Shown piece by piece: positions 32,236 to 42,413 of a stretch of 64,000 nt of DNA. The DNA lies in contig CAWIAD010000001.1 in the NCBI GenBank assembly GCA_963833985.1, positions 2,656,001 through 2,720,000 on the forward strand, written 5' to 3'. The DNA comes from an uncultured Planctomycetaceae bacterium (GTDB lineage Bacteria; Planctomycetota; Planctomycetia; Isosphaerales; Isosphaeraceae). The number at the start of each line of letters is the position of its first letter. Within the stretch, counting starts at the first letter, position 1. The notes beneath the pieces were generated by a model that saw nothing but the letters and a program-made list of their open reading frames with translations, made no database searches and was not told the DNA's origin. A program made the position numbers and the translations under genes.

Positions 32236-34479
32236 CCTACTTTCCGCACATCTCCCTTTGATTTCCCCGAATTCGACCTGAGGCCATCTTCTCAGACGCG
32301 GCCCCAGGGTCGGTAAACATCTACAAGTCGATCGGCACGGGGAATTTGTTCGGTTCAGATGGTTCGCCAACCGGACCGTTCCTGAACTCAAGCCATTCTT
32401 CGCCTTGTCTTATGACTTGGCAATGTCCAACCGCGCGCAGCGATTCTCGCCGCGACGACTTGTGACACGGGCTATGAGCGTAAGTTGAGCGGCTCACAAC
32501 TTATGTCAAGGCACATTGTTATAAGTGAATCGCAAGATTTTTTGTCCTTGACGTCCCGATCTCCTCCGCCATCATTGCGGCAAGCCCTGCGGCGGTCGGC
32601 CTGCTCCCCTCACGGCCCTGGAAGGCCCGGCGGCGGACACCGGCCAACTCGCTGCAAACCCTCCGGAGATGATCCGCATGAACGAACCTCAACGACCGCG
32701 CCAACCCGGCGAGACGGCACGCTCGAAGGGACGCACGCGCACGCTCAACACGCGGCGGATTGCCGCCGTGCCCATCCTGGAACACTTCCTGAGTCGGCTC
32801 CGCCTTCGCGAGTTTCTCTGCGACCACCTGCCCCATGAGGACGGCCGCACTCGGGTCCCCACGGCCACGGCCTTGCTCGTCCTGCTGCGCAACCTGCTGA
32901 TCTCGCGTGAGCCACTCTATGGTGTCGGTGAGTGGGTGGCCCGCCATGAGCCGAAACTGTTCGGGTTGTCCGATGTCCAAGTCGCCGCAATGAACGACGA
33001 TCGAGTTGGCCGGGCCCTCGACCGTCTCTTCGACGCCAATCTCTCGGGGTTGGCCCTGAAGGTCGCGGCCCATGCCGTACGCGAATTCGACGTCAGCCTC
33101 GACCAGTTACACAACGACTCGACCACCATCACTTTCCACGGTGACTACGAGTCGGCGGAGGCGGAGCGAACCCTGCGGGGACAATTGCGGTTGGCGGTGA
33201 CCTGGGGTCATAACAAAGACCACCGCCCCGACCTCAAGCAGCTACTCTACATCCTCACCGTGACCGGCGACGGTGCCGTCCCGGTGCACTTTCGCGTCGA
33301 GAGCGGCAACGCCACCGACGACCGCTCTCACCAGGAGACCTGGGAGTTGCTCTGTCAACTGACCGGACGCCGAGACTTTCTCTACATCGCCGACTGCAAG
33401 CTGGCCACCACCGAGAACATGGCCTATCTGCATCAGCGCGGCGGTCGGTTCCTCAGCGTGCTGCCGCGAACTCGCAGTGAGGACGGTGCCTTCCGCGGCG
33501 CCGTACTCCGGGGAGAGATCCAGTGGCGATGGACCCACGACAAGTACGACGACAAGGGACAGTTGACCGACCGCTTCTCGATCTGCAAACCTGCGAGCCA
33601 GACCACCGAGGGTTACCGGCTGATCTGGTATCACAGCACACGCAAGGCCGAGTTGGATGCGGAGGTACGGCTGACCCGGCTGGAGAAGGCGTTGAAACGA
33701 CTGGACGAACTGCGTGCCAAGCTCGCCTCGTCCCGAACCCGGTACCGCAGTCGAGCCAAGGTCGCCGAGGCGGTCGAGGAGCTGCTCCGGGACTGTGAGG
33801 TCACCGAGTGGATCTCGGTCGAGATCGAGGAGCAGGTCACCGAAAAGTTCCGCCAGGAGCGACGCGGCCGGCCTGGACAGGACACGCGGTACGTCCGAGA
33901 GGAGAAGCTCCGTTACTCGTTGAAGCATCGGATTGAGTTGGAGCGACTGGATGAGGAGGCCCGCTGTGATGGCATTTTCCCGCTGGTGAGCAACGAATCG
34001 AAGATGACGGAGCAGGATCTGCTCTTGGCCTACAAACAGCAACCGGCCATCGAACGACGGTTCGAGCACCTGAAGACTGACTTCGTGGTAGCGCCGATGT
34101 ACCTGAAGGAGGTGAGTCGGATTCAGGCCTTGCTCTGCGTGTACTTCTTCGTGTTGCTGGTCGAGGCGCTGTTGGAGCGAGAACTCCGCCGCGCGATGGA
34201 ACGAGAGGGAATCGAGAGTCTGCCACTGTATTCCGAAGGTCGGGCCTGCCGACGCCCGACGGCTCGAAAAGTGATCGACCTGTACGAGGACGTTCAAGAG
34301 CATTCCCTGAAGGCTGGGAAACGCCCTCTTGAGGTGTTCAGCACAGAGTTAACTCGGCTCCAGAAGAGAATCCTGCGCCTGCTGGGGATACCCAAAGCCT
34401 ACGAGATTTGAGCCTGACTGGCCGAAAGAGGGCACACGGAAATTACGAGATAGTCAAGGCGAGATGTGCGGAAAGTAGG
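32236..34479 (+). mobile_element. IS1634-family element B, copy 1 (2244 bp)
   Basis: IRs CCTACTTTCCGCACATCTC / GAGATGTGCGGAAAGTAGG; 6-bp target duplication ATCAAT. Confidence 0.95.
32669..34411 (+). CDS. IS1634-family DDE transposase with DUF4277-like N-terminus (element B)
   Basis: NDDRVGRALDRLF; HNDSTTITFHG; GHNKDHRPDLKQ; YIADCKL; IERRFEHLK. Confidence 0.95.
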   Translation: MIRMNEPQRPRQPGETARSKGRTRTLNTRRIAAVPILEHFLSRLRLREFLCDHLPHEDGRTRVPTATALLVLLRNLLISREPLYGVGEWVARHEPKLFGLSDVQVAAMNDDRVGRALDRLFDANLSGLALKVAAHAVREFDVSLDQLHNDSTTITFHGDYESAEAERTLRGQLRLAVTWGHNKDHRPDLKQLLYILTVTGDGAVPVHFRVESGNATDDRSHQETWELLCQLTGRRDFLYIADCKLATTENMAYLHQRGGRFLSVLPRTRSEDGAFRGAVLRGEIQWRWTHDKYDDKGQLTDRFSICKPASQTTEGYRLIWYHSTRKAELDAEVRLTRLEKALKRLDELRAKLASSRTRYRSRAKVAEAVEELLRDCEVTEWISVEIEEQVTEKFRQERRGRPGQDTRYVREEKLRYSLKHRIELERLDEEARCDGIFPLVSNESKMTEQDLLLAYKQQPAIERRFEHLKTDFVVAPMYLKEVSRIQALLCVYFFVLLVEALLERELRRAMEREGIESLPLYSEGRACRRPTARKVIDLYEDVQEHSLKAGKRPLEVFSTELTRLQKRILRLLGIPKAYEI

Positions 34480-35169
34480 ATCAATTGCTCAGAAGAAGGT
34501 TCGTTATCTTCATAAAGCGGCTCGCGAGAGAGGGGTGAGTCTTCAATCCGAGCCAGCGACGGATCATCGAGCGCACGGACCGTTCCTTCCTCCCGACGAC
34601 GCTCGCGGATGGCATCGACGACACGCCAGTGGAAGCATCTTCGGATCCAGCCCCGGAACCTGCGGCTGGGATCGTATTGAAACGATCGCATCTTCTCTGC
34701 AAGTTCCAGCCAGAAGATCTGCGAGACGTCCGCCGCGAACTCGTCATCGAGTCGATATTCCCGGCACCAGGTTCGGAGGTAAGGCTCATATCTTGCGACG
34801 AATTCCCGCCAAGCGTCCTGGTCGCGCCAGTCGGCAGTTCGTCTCAAGAGCGTGGAGCTGGTCCTGGTGTCATCGGAATTCATCATCGAATCCTTGTGAA
34901 TTCGAGTGCGCAGGCGACCGGTGTAAAGGGCGATGACAGGGTTCTGGCGAAAGCGTGTAGATGGTCCTCGTAGGACTGGTAGAGACATCGAGAAAGTCCG
35001 GGGCACATGGAATCCTGGATCATCGTATCCATGGAGGGAACGTTTGCACAATGGGCTGGCATTAACAAAGCAAGGCATTGGATCGTTCGCCCCACGGGCG
35101 ATCGACGGCCATCAATACAACGGCGTGGGCCGCGCAATGTATTCCTCGGTGGATGGAAAGGGGACGACG

Positions 35170-35868
35170 ATGCGTGTGTCGATAGTCACGGTGGTCGGAC
35201 TGCTGGTGGCGACGTTCGCGTTCTGGATTGGCGACGCGGAGTCCCAGCATGGCGCGGGCAAGGGCAAGGCGGCACCGCCTAGCCCTCCAAGAAAAGTGGC
35301 CGCGGCCATCGTGCCAAAGGCGCACCCGCCACAGCCCCAGCCGAAGGCCCATCCAAAGGCGAAGGCAGCGGTTTCGAAGGAGGCGCAGAAGAAGGCCGCC
35401 GCATCAAACGGGGCACAGAAGAAACAGAGCGGTTCGCCGAAGCAGGAAAACAAAGCAAAGAAGAATCAGGCGCACACCAAGAAAGCGGCGACGAACAAAG
35501 TGGCCAGGGCCGCCGGGGTACCGGCCCTTACTCCCCAGGACAGCATCGCATTGCTGAACACGGCGTATCAAAAGCTCAAGGAAGTGAATAACGGCTATGG
35601 CGGACACCCCGCTTCGGCCATGAAGCACGTCGGGGCGGCCCTCGGCCATCTCGGCTCTCCGTTGCCCCTACAGATCGAAGGCGTCAGCGGCTTGGTGACT
35701 GCGCCGCGCACGGTATCCGACGCATCACTGAGGCAGGCCAGGGCGAGTCTGGAGAAAGTCAGCCATCACTTCGCCGCGAATTCCGTCCCCACCCCGGGCA
35801 GTGGAGCAGCACATCGCGCCGTGAACAACGCCATCCGTGAGCTTGATGCGGCGTTGATCACCCGATGA
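35170..35868 (+). CDS. Secreted Lys/Ala-rich protein with helical C-terminal domain
   Basis: Signal peptide MRVSIVTVVGLLVATFAF; basic low-complexity linker; YGGHPASAMKHV...AIRELDAAL. Confidence 0.7.
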   Translation: MRVSIVTVVGLLVATFAFWIGDAESQHGAGKGKAAPPSPPRKVAAAIVPKAHPPQPQPKAHPKAKAAVSKEAQKKAAASNGAQKKQSGSPKQENKAKKNQAHTKKAATNKVARAAGVPALTPQDSIALLNTAYQKLKEVNNGYGGHPASAMKHVGAALGHLGSPLPLQIEGVSGLVTAPRTVSDASLRQARASLEKVSHHFAANSVPTPGSGAAHRAVNNAIRELDAALITR

Positions 35869-36257
35869 GCGGGGAGGAGCTTCGCGCAGCGCTGCTGAGA
35901 AGAAGCTCGAGCTGGCCTCATTGAAGTTGAGCAAGTGGCCCGAGAACTCTCTGCCTGGCCGCACGGCCGCACGCTTCGCGCAAGTCAACCAGCACGCGGC
36001 CAGGGATGCCATTGAACACGGATTCCGCGTCCGTGTGCTCGCTCACGCGCAGGCAAACGTAAGCCCGCGGACAGGAAATGAAAACCCATTAGAGAAACCA
36101 GAACCCCGGCTTTCCCGGTATCAGCACAGTCCGAGGCAACTGGCCTGGCCTCTCAGCACACCGCTGGACCAGCAAGCGTGTGCAGGCAGACAAGCAGTTC
36201 AAAACCTCAACGTCTCTCGCTCGCACCAGATCAGCTCCCTGAAAGGAAGCCTGACCA

Positions 36258-36833
36258 ATGGGACTCGCACTCGCTCTCTCGCTGTCTCTCATCACGCAGC
36301 AGGCCCCGACAATGGTCTACCAGGTCAGCGGGCCCGTCCAGAAGTTTCAGTTGTACTGGACTTTCGACCCGTCCGAGCTGATCCTCGGCCTGGATGGCGT
36401 CTCGGTCAACTCCATCAACGACAACCCTCCCTCCGCACCCATCTCGATCAAATTCGCTTCGGCCCAGCTCCAGCCGATTCCCTCCAACCCCAACTTGTGC
36501 TCCTTGTCAGATCAAAATGGAGACGCCATCATTTCCTATCAGTGGACCAGCGTCGGCTACGGCAGCGGAGCCGTAGAACTGGGATTCGAAACGGGGTTCG
36601 CCCTCGAGGACCAGATGTCGCCCTTCACCTTCGTAGGATTCGACTATGGCGCCTTCGTGCTGGTCACCCTCGTTCCCTCGTCTGGGAGAGTTCAGGATAT
36701 CCAGGACGTGATGAATGGAAAATCGCTCACGGTCAGCGGGACCGCGAACTTCGAGTTGGTCCTCGCGCCCTACAACACGCTCGTTTACCCCAGGCCGAAC
36801 CTGAGAGTTTTCATCCCGGCAGTGCGCTACTGA
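36258..36833 (+). CDS. Secreted beta-rich hypothetical protein (paralog 1, 191 aa)
   Basis: AAAGGA RBS; short signal peptide; gap-free homolog at 44542-45117. Confidence 0.85.
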   Translation: MGLALALSLSLITQQAPTMVYQVSGPVQKFQLYWTFDPSELILGLDGVSVNSINDNPPSAPISIKFASAQLQPIPSNPNLCSLSDQNGDAIISYQWTSVGYGSGAVELGFETGFALEDQMSPFTFVGFDYGAFVLVTLVPSSGRVQDIQDVMNGKSLTVSGTANFELVLAPYNTLVYPRPNLRVFIPAVRY

Positions 36834-36921
36834 TCGACACGACCCGAGCGCCTGACTGAAAGCTTCCGCCCGTCCGCAGCCATGGTGCCGAGTGGTGTTC
36901 CGCTCTTCCAGGATACTTGAT

Positions 36922-39900
36922 ATGGCCACACTGAATCCCAGGCTTGCCGACCTCGCCGACGACGACCGTCAGATGCTCGAATCATGGCTCGTCGAGTTCG
37001 ATGAGAAATGGGATGAGGGCTCGCTGTCAAGCCGCCTGGACCAGATCCCGCCGGGAAGTTCCTGGCGCCTGCCCGCACTGTGCGAGATGGTCAAGATCGA
37101 CCTTCAGCGGCAGTGGAAGAGCGGCCGGCAGGTCAGCCTCGAATCGTACCTGGAGCAGTATCCCGAGCTGGGCAGCCCTGGCGACGTCTCCGCCGACCTG
37201 ATCCAGGCCGAGTACGAGGTCCGGCGCCAGTTCGGCGCTCCCGTCACCCTCGACGACTACGTCCGCCGTTTCCCGCACCAGGCCGAGGAACTCGCTCGCC
37301 TGATCACGCCGGGCGGCTCGACGTTCTCGCGACGCTCGCCTGCCCCCGGTTCCTCGCACAAGTCTTCTCGTGTCCCAAAATCCGCGGAGCCGCCCCAGCC
37401 GCCTCCCGAGCAGTTCGGCCGCTACCGGATCATCAAGCGCTTGGGGCAGGGTGGGATGGGCTCGGTCTACCTGGCCCAGGATACTCATCTCCAACGCGCC
37501 GTGGCTCTGAAAGTACCGGAGTTTGGAGAACACGACGATCCTGAGGCGCGGAAGCGGTTCCTGGAAGAGGCGCGCACCGCCGCCACGCTCGACCACCCTT
37601 ACCTCTGTCCCGTGTATGACGCCGGGGAAATCGATGGGCAGCTTTACCTGACGATGGCGTACATCGAGGGCCAGTCGCTGGCGGACCTGATCGGCGATGC
37701 GGGCTGGCCGCAGCGCCAGGTCGCGGCGCTGGTAGGCAAGCTCGCGCTGGCGTTGCAGGAAGCGCACACCCGCAAGGTCGTCCACCGCGACCTCAAGCCG
37801 GCGAACATCATGATCAAGACGACCGGTTCCCGGCGCGAGCCGGTGATCGTCGATTTCGGCCTGGCCCGGCGGGAGAATCCGCAGGACCAGCGCCTGACGA
37901 AGTCGGGCCAGGTCATGGGCACGCTCGGCTACATGGCGCCCGAGCAGATCCGCGGCGATCTGAAGGAGATTGGGCCGGCCTGCGACATCTACGCGCTCGG
38001 AGTGATCCTCTACGAGCTACTGACCGGCCGGCTGCCGTTTTCCGGTTCGGGGCTGGCGATTGCGGGCCAGATCCTGACCCAGGCGCCGTTGCCGCCGTCG
38101 ACGCATCGGGCCGACCTCAACCCCGCCCTCGAGGCCATCTGCCTGAAGGCGATGGCCAAGGTCATCGGAGACCGCTACACCTCAATGGCCGAGCTGGCCG
38201 CGGACTTGACGGGTTTTCTTCAATCGGCATCAGCCACTCAGAGGTCAACTACGTCAGCCGGACCACCTGCCATACTCTCGCCGATCTCACGAGAGCGGCC
38301 TCAGCCGACTGGGAGCAACTCTCTGGTCGGCCAGTTCCTCGATCGGTTGGCCGGGACCAACGCGTTGCCTCCTCCCATCCCGACTCCGGAGCCGGTCGCT
38401 TCTGCAGCGCCGTTGAGGGGACGTCGCCGGCCGCCGTGGCCATTGATCGTCGCGGCCAGGGCGCTCGGTGTCATGATGCTCGGCGTGATCATCCTGGCCC
38501 GAGTCCCGTCGGCGCCCGACGTGGAGAAGGTTCCGGGAACCGTTCCGGGAGTCGCCAAGAGCGTTGAGGGCAAGCCACAAGGCCCAGTCGCCGCTGGCAC
38601 CGCCGAAAGTCCCGCTCAGACAGTGGGAGGCAAGCCACCAGCGCCGCCCGCGACGACTCCGTCCTCGGCGAAAGAGCTCGCCTCGCCGTCTACAGTCGGG
38701 ACAGCGAGCACGAAAGGCGACTTCCAGCCCCTGTTCAACGGCAGGAACACGGCCGGGTGGAAAGTACATCCGAATCAGAGGGGCAACTGGCATGTTGCGA
38801 ACGGCGTCCTGATCGGCTCCGGTCCGGCGCTCAGCCACATCTACACGGAACGCGGTGATTTCACTGATTTTCACCTGCGCCTGGAGGCACGCTTCAACCG
38901 TGGCGGCAGTAGCGGAGTCTACCTGCGATGTCCGTTCGGCCCGAGTCTCCCCTCGGCGGACGATCCGAAATGGCCCGATGGATACGAGGCCACGATTAAC
39001 AATTCACGAGTCGCTCGCAACATCACCGGGGGCCTCTACCCGGGCGTGGGCAACGCCTTGATTGTTACCAAGTCTACCACGGTAACCTTCGGACAGTGGT
39101 TCACGCTGGAAGTGATCGCAGACGGCGGCGCTCTCACCGTCCTGGTGGACGGGAGATCAAGCGCATACAAATTCGCTCAGGAAAGACTCCATTCGAGCGG
39201 CCATATCGCCTTGCAACAGTACAGCCCCGAATCCGTGATCGAGTTCCGCAGGATCGAAATCAAAGAACTGAACCGCCCCGATCAGAAAGACCCAAAAGAG
39301 ATAGAGCGCTTCCCGGTTGGCTCAGACCGGGTGGCTCGCGTTGCCTTTATACCGGACGGATCGGGCATCCTATCGGGGTCATTTGACTGGACCCATACCA
39401 AAAGAAAAGATGGAGGGGACTACTTTTGGTTCGACCACAATTACGTGCTACGATTGCAGGCTGCGGAGGCGAACGGACGAAACCTATACACCAGGCAGGG
39501 AGAGGGAGCGATTGGCGGACCCCTTGCGTTTTCTGCCGACGGCCGGTTCGCAGCCTCGTCCGATTCTTCACTCTCAAAGCATCCAATTCTGGTCTGGGAT
39601 CTGAAGCTGGGAAAACGCATAAAGAGATTGATGTTAAAGGATAAAAGCAAGGAATTGGAGTGCTCCGCTCTGTCCTTTTCTGCAGATGACCGCCGCGTCA
39701 TGGCCGCGTCGACGAACGGCGCCGTGTTGTCGTGGGATCTGGCCACAGAAGAGGAGCAACCCGTAGTCACTCTCGAGGCGGGGCCGATCAAGCAGAATGA
39801 ATTCCCATGCGCGGCTTTCGGTGCCGACCGACAGCATCTGGCCACGGGGAGTCAATCAGGGCTGGTCGAGCTCTGGGACCCGCAGAGCGGCAAGAAGTTG

Positions 39901-40269
39901 CAGACATTCACTGGTCACAGGGGAGTGGTTGGAAGGGTGGCTTGTTCGGCGGACGGACGCCTCATCCTTTCCGCTGGCAGCGACCACAGCGTTCGCTTAT
40001 GGGACGTGGCCAGCGGGAAACAAATCCACCACTTGGAGAGTGATGACAGACAGGTCAGGTGCATCGCGTTCTCGCCGGACAACCGGCGAGCCTTGTCCGG
40101 TGGTCTCGATGGGCCCGTCCATTTGTGGGACCTTGCGAGCGGCAAGGAAGTATGCTGCATGGAAGGGCATAGCATGGGGGTGAACTCCGTGGCTTTCTCT
40201 CCTGACGGCCGCAGGGCGGTCTCGGGAAGCGACGACACAACCGTGCGTCTCTGGCAACTGCCGGAATAG
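36922..40269 (+). CDS. Ser/Thr kinase with TM, DUF1080 (3-keto-disaccharide hydrolase-like) domain and WD40 repeats
   Basis: LGQGGMGSVY; HRDLKPAN; DFGLA; FQPLFNGRNTAGW...SGHIALQ; multiple GH...WD repeats. Confidence 0.92.
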   Translation: MATLNPRLADLADDDRQMLESWLVEFDEKWDEGSLSSRLDQIPPGSSWRLPALCEMVKIDLQRQWKSGRQVSLESYLEQYPELGSPGDVSADLIQAEYEVRRQFGAPVTLDDYVRRFPHQAEELARLITPGGSTFSRRSPAPGSSHKSSRVPKSAEPPQPPPEQFGRYRIIKRLGQGGMGSVYLAQDTHLQRAVALKVPEFGEHDDPEARKRFLEEARTAATLDHPYLCPVYDAGEIDGQLYLTMAYIEGQSLADLIGDAGWPQRQVAALVGKLALALQEAHTRKVVHRDLKPANIMIKTTGSRREPVIVDFGLARRENPQDQRLTKSGQVMGTLGYMAPEQIRGDLKEIGPACDIYALGVILYELLTGRLPFSGSGLAIAGQILTQAPLPPSTHRADLNPALEAICLKAMAKVIGDRYTSMAELAADLTGFLQSASATQRSTTSAGPPAILSPISRERPQPTGSNSLVGQFLDRLAGTNALPPPIPTPEPVASAAPLRGRRRPPWPLIVAARALGVMMLGVIILARVPSAPDVEKVPGTVPGVAKSVEGKPQGPVAAGTAESPAQTVGGKPPAPPATTPSSAKELASPSTVGTASTKGDFQPLFNGRNTAGWKVHPNQRGNWHVANGVLIGSGPALSHIYTERGDFTDFHLRLEARFNRGGSSGVYLRCPFGPSLPSADDPKWPDGYEATINNSRVARNITGGLYPGVGNALIVTKSTTVTFGQWFTLEVIADGGALTVLVDGRSSAYKFAQERLHSSGHIALQQYSPESVIEFRRIEIKELNRPDQKDPKEIERFPVGSDRVARVAFIPDGSGILSGSFDWTHTKRKDGGDYFWFDHNYVLRLQAAEANGRNLYTRQGEGAIGGPLAFSADGRFAASSDSSLSKHPILVWDLKLGKRIKRLMLKDKSKELECSALSFSADDRRVMAASTNGAVLSWDLATEEEQPVVTLEAGPIKQNEFPCAAFGADRQHLATGSQSGLVELWDPQSGKKLQTFTGHRGVVGRVACSADGRLILSAGSDHSVRLWDVASGKQIHHLESDDRQVRCIAFSPDNRRALSGGLDGPVHLWDLASGKEVCCMEGHSMGVNSVAFSPDGRRAVSGSDDTTVRLWQLPE

Positions 40270-40290
40270 GGTCTTGCCGAGAGAACCCTA
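40267..40290. terminator. Hairpin between convergent transcription units
   Basis: TAGGGT...ACCCTA inverted repeat directly at the kinase stop. Confidence 0.4.
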
Positions 40291-40319
40291 CCCAACACCG
40301 CTGATACATTGGTCTTTGA

Positions 40320-40530
40320 TCACCCGGTGAAGGGCCAGCGCCCGGCGCATCTCCCGCACGTTCGTGTATCGGGCCTGCGGATCGCGGGCCAGCTCACGAT
40401 GGATGATTCCGGCCAAGCCATCGGGAAGAGCGGGGCGGCGATCGCGGATCGGCACGGGGTATTCCAGCAAGATCTTCATGATCTTCGCGTGCAGCTTCGT
40501 GGGAAAGTCGTCGATGACCGGCCGTCGGTC
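40320..40530 (-). repeat. Orphan copy 3 of the FHA-kinase 3' end (degenerate)
   Basis: [26 protein letters not shown]...[13 protein letters not shown]; small deletion before the TGA. Confidence 0.9.
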
Positions 40531-40676
40531 CAACGCCAGGGTTTGGAGACCCTTGCAGAACGAAGGCGTGGGACAGCGGGGTCGGGAAACCCTCGCCGAA
40601 CAAAACAAGCTTGCAACGGAAGCAGCGGGGGGATCAAAGGGGGGTAAAGACAAACGTCGCGGCATGCCGGGCCACC

Positions 40677-40922
40677 CTACAGTCCCAGTCGTCGCTTCGC
40701 TTCCTCCAGGGATACGGTTGTGGTTTGTTTGGCGCGAGTCTCCAGTAGGGCCATCAGCCTGGGATTGGCGCGAGTCCGGGCGATCTCGCGGTCAAAATCG
40801 TCGACGGCTACAAGCAGAAATTCGCTGCCATCCGCGATCCGGACGACGATGTCGTCAACTCGAGCCTGATCGAGCAGGTTCACGATGTCAGGTGAGGCAT
40901 CAGTCAGTTCTACAGTCTTCAT
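40677..40922 (-). CDS. Putative antitoxin (Phd-like) of the RelE pair
   Basis: 81 aa, acidic; ATGA overlap with the toxin; ends VSLEEAKRRLGL. Confidence 0.8.
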   Translation of the reverse strand: MKTVELTDASPDIVNLLDQARVDDIVVRIADGSEFLLVAVDDFDREIARTRANPRLMALLETRAKQTTTVSLEEAKRRLGL

Positions 40923-41212
40923 AGCTCGTGTTCTTCACCATGGATAAAGAGGCTGTTGCCAACCTTGCTGCCTACAGCCACAACCTTGACAACGGAATCC
41001 TCGAGAGAGACATCATGGAAGACACGAAAACTTTCGACTCGAAGCTCGCATTCGGCGAGTTGGTTCGGGCGGAGGCGTTTTCGTTTTCTCGTTTCGCGCG
41101 CCGGTTCATCTTTCAGTTGAACCTCGGTCTCGTCGACGACGCGTCTTGAATCGACATTTCGCAGAGAAGCCAGATCCTCCAGAGCTTCCGGCGTAAACTC
41201 AATGCGGTACAT
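40919..41212 (-). CDS. RelE/ParE family toxin
   Basis: YRIEFTPEALEDL...ELRVESFRVFHDV..VKVVAVG. Confidence 0.85.
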   Translation of the reverse strand: MYRIEFTPEALEDLASLRNVDSRRVVDETEVQLKDEPARETRKRKRLRPNQLAECELRVESFRVFHDVSLEDSVVKVVAVGSKVGNSLFIHGEEHEL

Positions 41213-41355
41213 GCTGCCGCCAGGGACACTGAGGAGGCAATAAAGGGGGAGCCTCCATCCACCCCGTCGCCAGCTGCAATTCTACTCGGCGTATGGTCAA
41301 ACACGCGAGGTGTGCGCCATGGCCGCCGCCCGTTCCTTCAATGCCGTCATGACGA

Positions 41356-41461
41356 CTAAATAGATCCTCGCCTCTTGGAATGTGGGCCAGCCGCCCTCGG
41401 CTGGCTCAGGACGGCCGAGGGCGGCCGTTCCACACTTTCCCTCTTACGGGGAGCTATTTAG
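41356..41461. mobile_element. 106-bp MITE/REPIN-like element, copy 2
   Basis: Two mismatches to copy 1 by eye. Confidence 0.85.
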
Positions 41462-41589
41462 CTACTGGGAAATCGCCAGGCGAACCGACCAGGGGCAAGG
41501 GGCGCGCCGATCACGGCAAGCAGCTCGTGACCCGTCCGGCGCAGGGTCTGACCAGCAGAGGTGGGCGGGGATTCTGGTATCGAATTCTC

Positions 41590-41802
41590 TCACCTGGCAA
41601 AGGGTAGCAGCGCACGCCGCATTTCTCGCACGTTCGCGTACCGGGCCTGCGGATCGCGGGCCAGCGCACGATGGATGACCCAGGCCAATCCCACCGGTAT
41701 GTCGGGGCGGCGATCGCGGATCGGCACGGGGTCCTCCAGCAGGATCTTCATGATCTTCGCGTGCAGATTCCTGGGAAAGTCGTAGATGAACTGGTCGGTC
41801 AG
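41590..41802 (-). repeat. Orphan copy 2 of the FHA-kinase 3' end (open frame with stop, no start)
   Basis: [27 protein letters not shown]...RRALLPFAR*; about 20 mismatches in 213 nt versus 42414-42626. Confidence 0.92.
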
Positions 41803-41875
41803 CAGCTACCAAAACAACGGCGAATGGATCCGTCGGTTACCACGAGTGTCCACTTCACTTTCTACGGCGTTTCCG

Positions 41876-42076
41876 TCACGCGCTTTGCTTGCGGGCAAGC
41901 AGCGCCCGAACCTCCGGAACCAGTTCGGTGGGGATGGCCATGAGCGTGATGTCCTCGGCCTCGCGCGCCGCCTCGATGTCGGCGAACTCCTCATCCTCGG
42001 TTTGGTTTTCGTAGTGCGCGATCATCTCCTTGACGCGCTTCTCATCCCAGCCAGGGGGAAACTTTTGCGTGCTCAT
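41876..42076 (-). CDS. Putative antitoxin (FPPGWDE family)
   Basis: 66 aa, acidic; GGAGG RBS; ATGA overlap with the upstream toxin. Confidence 0.8.
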   Translation of the reverse strand: MSTQKFPPGWDEKRVKEMIAHYENQTEDEEFADIEAAREAEDITLMAIPTELVPEVRALLARKQSA

Positions 42077-42357
42077 TTCGGTTTCCTCCGTTGTCGCCGC
42101 CGGAAGGCTTTCCTGGCCTTGCCTTGCGGTTCATATGCAGTAATCACAAATACGCTGTCGGGATCTTCGTCAGGCACGTAGAAGACTTGCAACAAGCGGC
42201 CGGCCGCAGTTTGGCCGATCTTCCGACGCGAGTTTCCCGTCGCGCGCAGGTCTTCACCCGGTCCGCGCAGGACTTCCCCAACTTCTCGTTCAGTGACCCC
42301 GTGCCCATGAATATGCGGCTGGCCGGTGTCTGGATCCTCGTAGAAGCGGAATTCCAT
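42073..42357 (-). CDS. DUF4258/BrnT-like ribonuclease toxin
   Basis: HIHGHGVTEREVGEVL...IGQTAAGRLLQVFY...FVITAY; GGAGG RBS. Confidence 0.8.
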   Translation of the reverse strand: MEFRFYEDPDTGQPHIHGHGVTEREVGEVLRGPGEDLRATGNSRRKIGQTAAGRLLQVFYVPDEDPDSVFVITAYEPQGKARKAFRRRQRRKPK

Positions 42358-42413
42358 GCCAACCCCTCCCTACCCGATTACGATTCTACCGTGAAGGGAG
42401 TCTTGTGTAGTGA

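Larger units (their letters stand above)
31980..34886 (-). pseudogene. Kinase-associated ECF sigma factor interrupted by IS1634-B
   Basis: RTSSTLL..AWREFVARY..FQYDPSRRFRGW; removing the IS and one ATCAAT restores EQLILLDLAGEV...WEVFW..RETAEALKM; ATGA overlap with the kinase start. Confidence 0.9.

Noticed and set aside
35921..36859. 312-aa ORF overlapping the 191-aa gene
   Set aside because: Only the 36258 frame has an RBS, a signal peptide and a conserved paralog.
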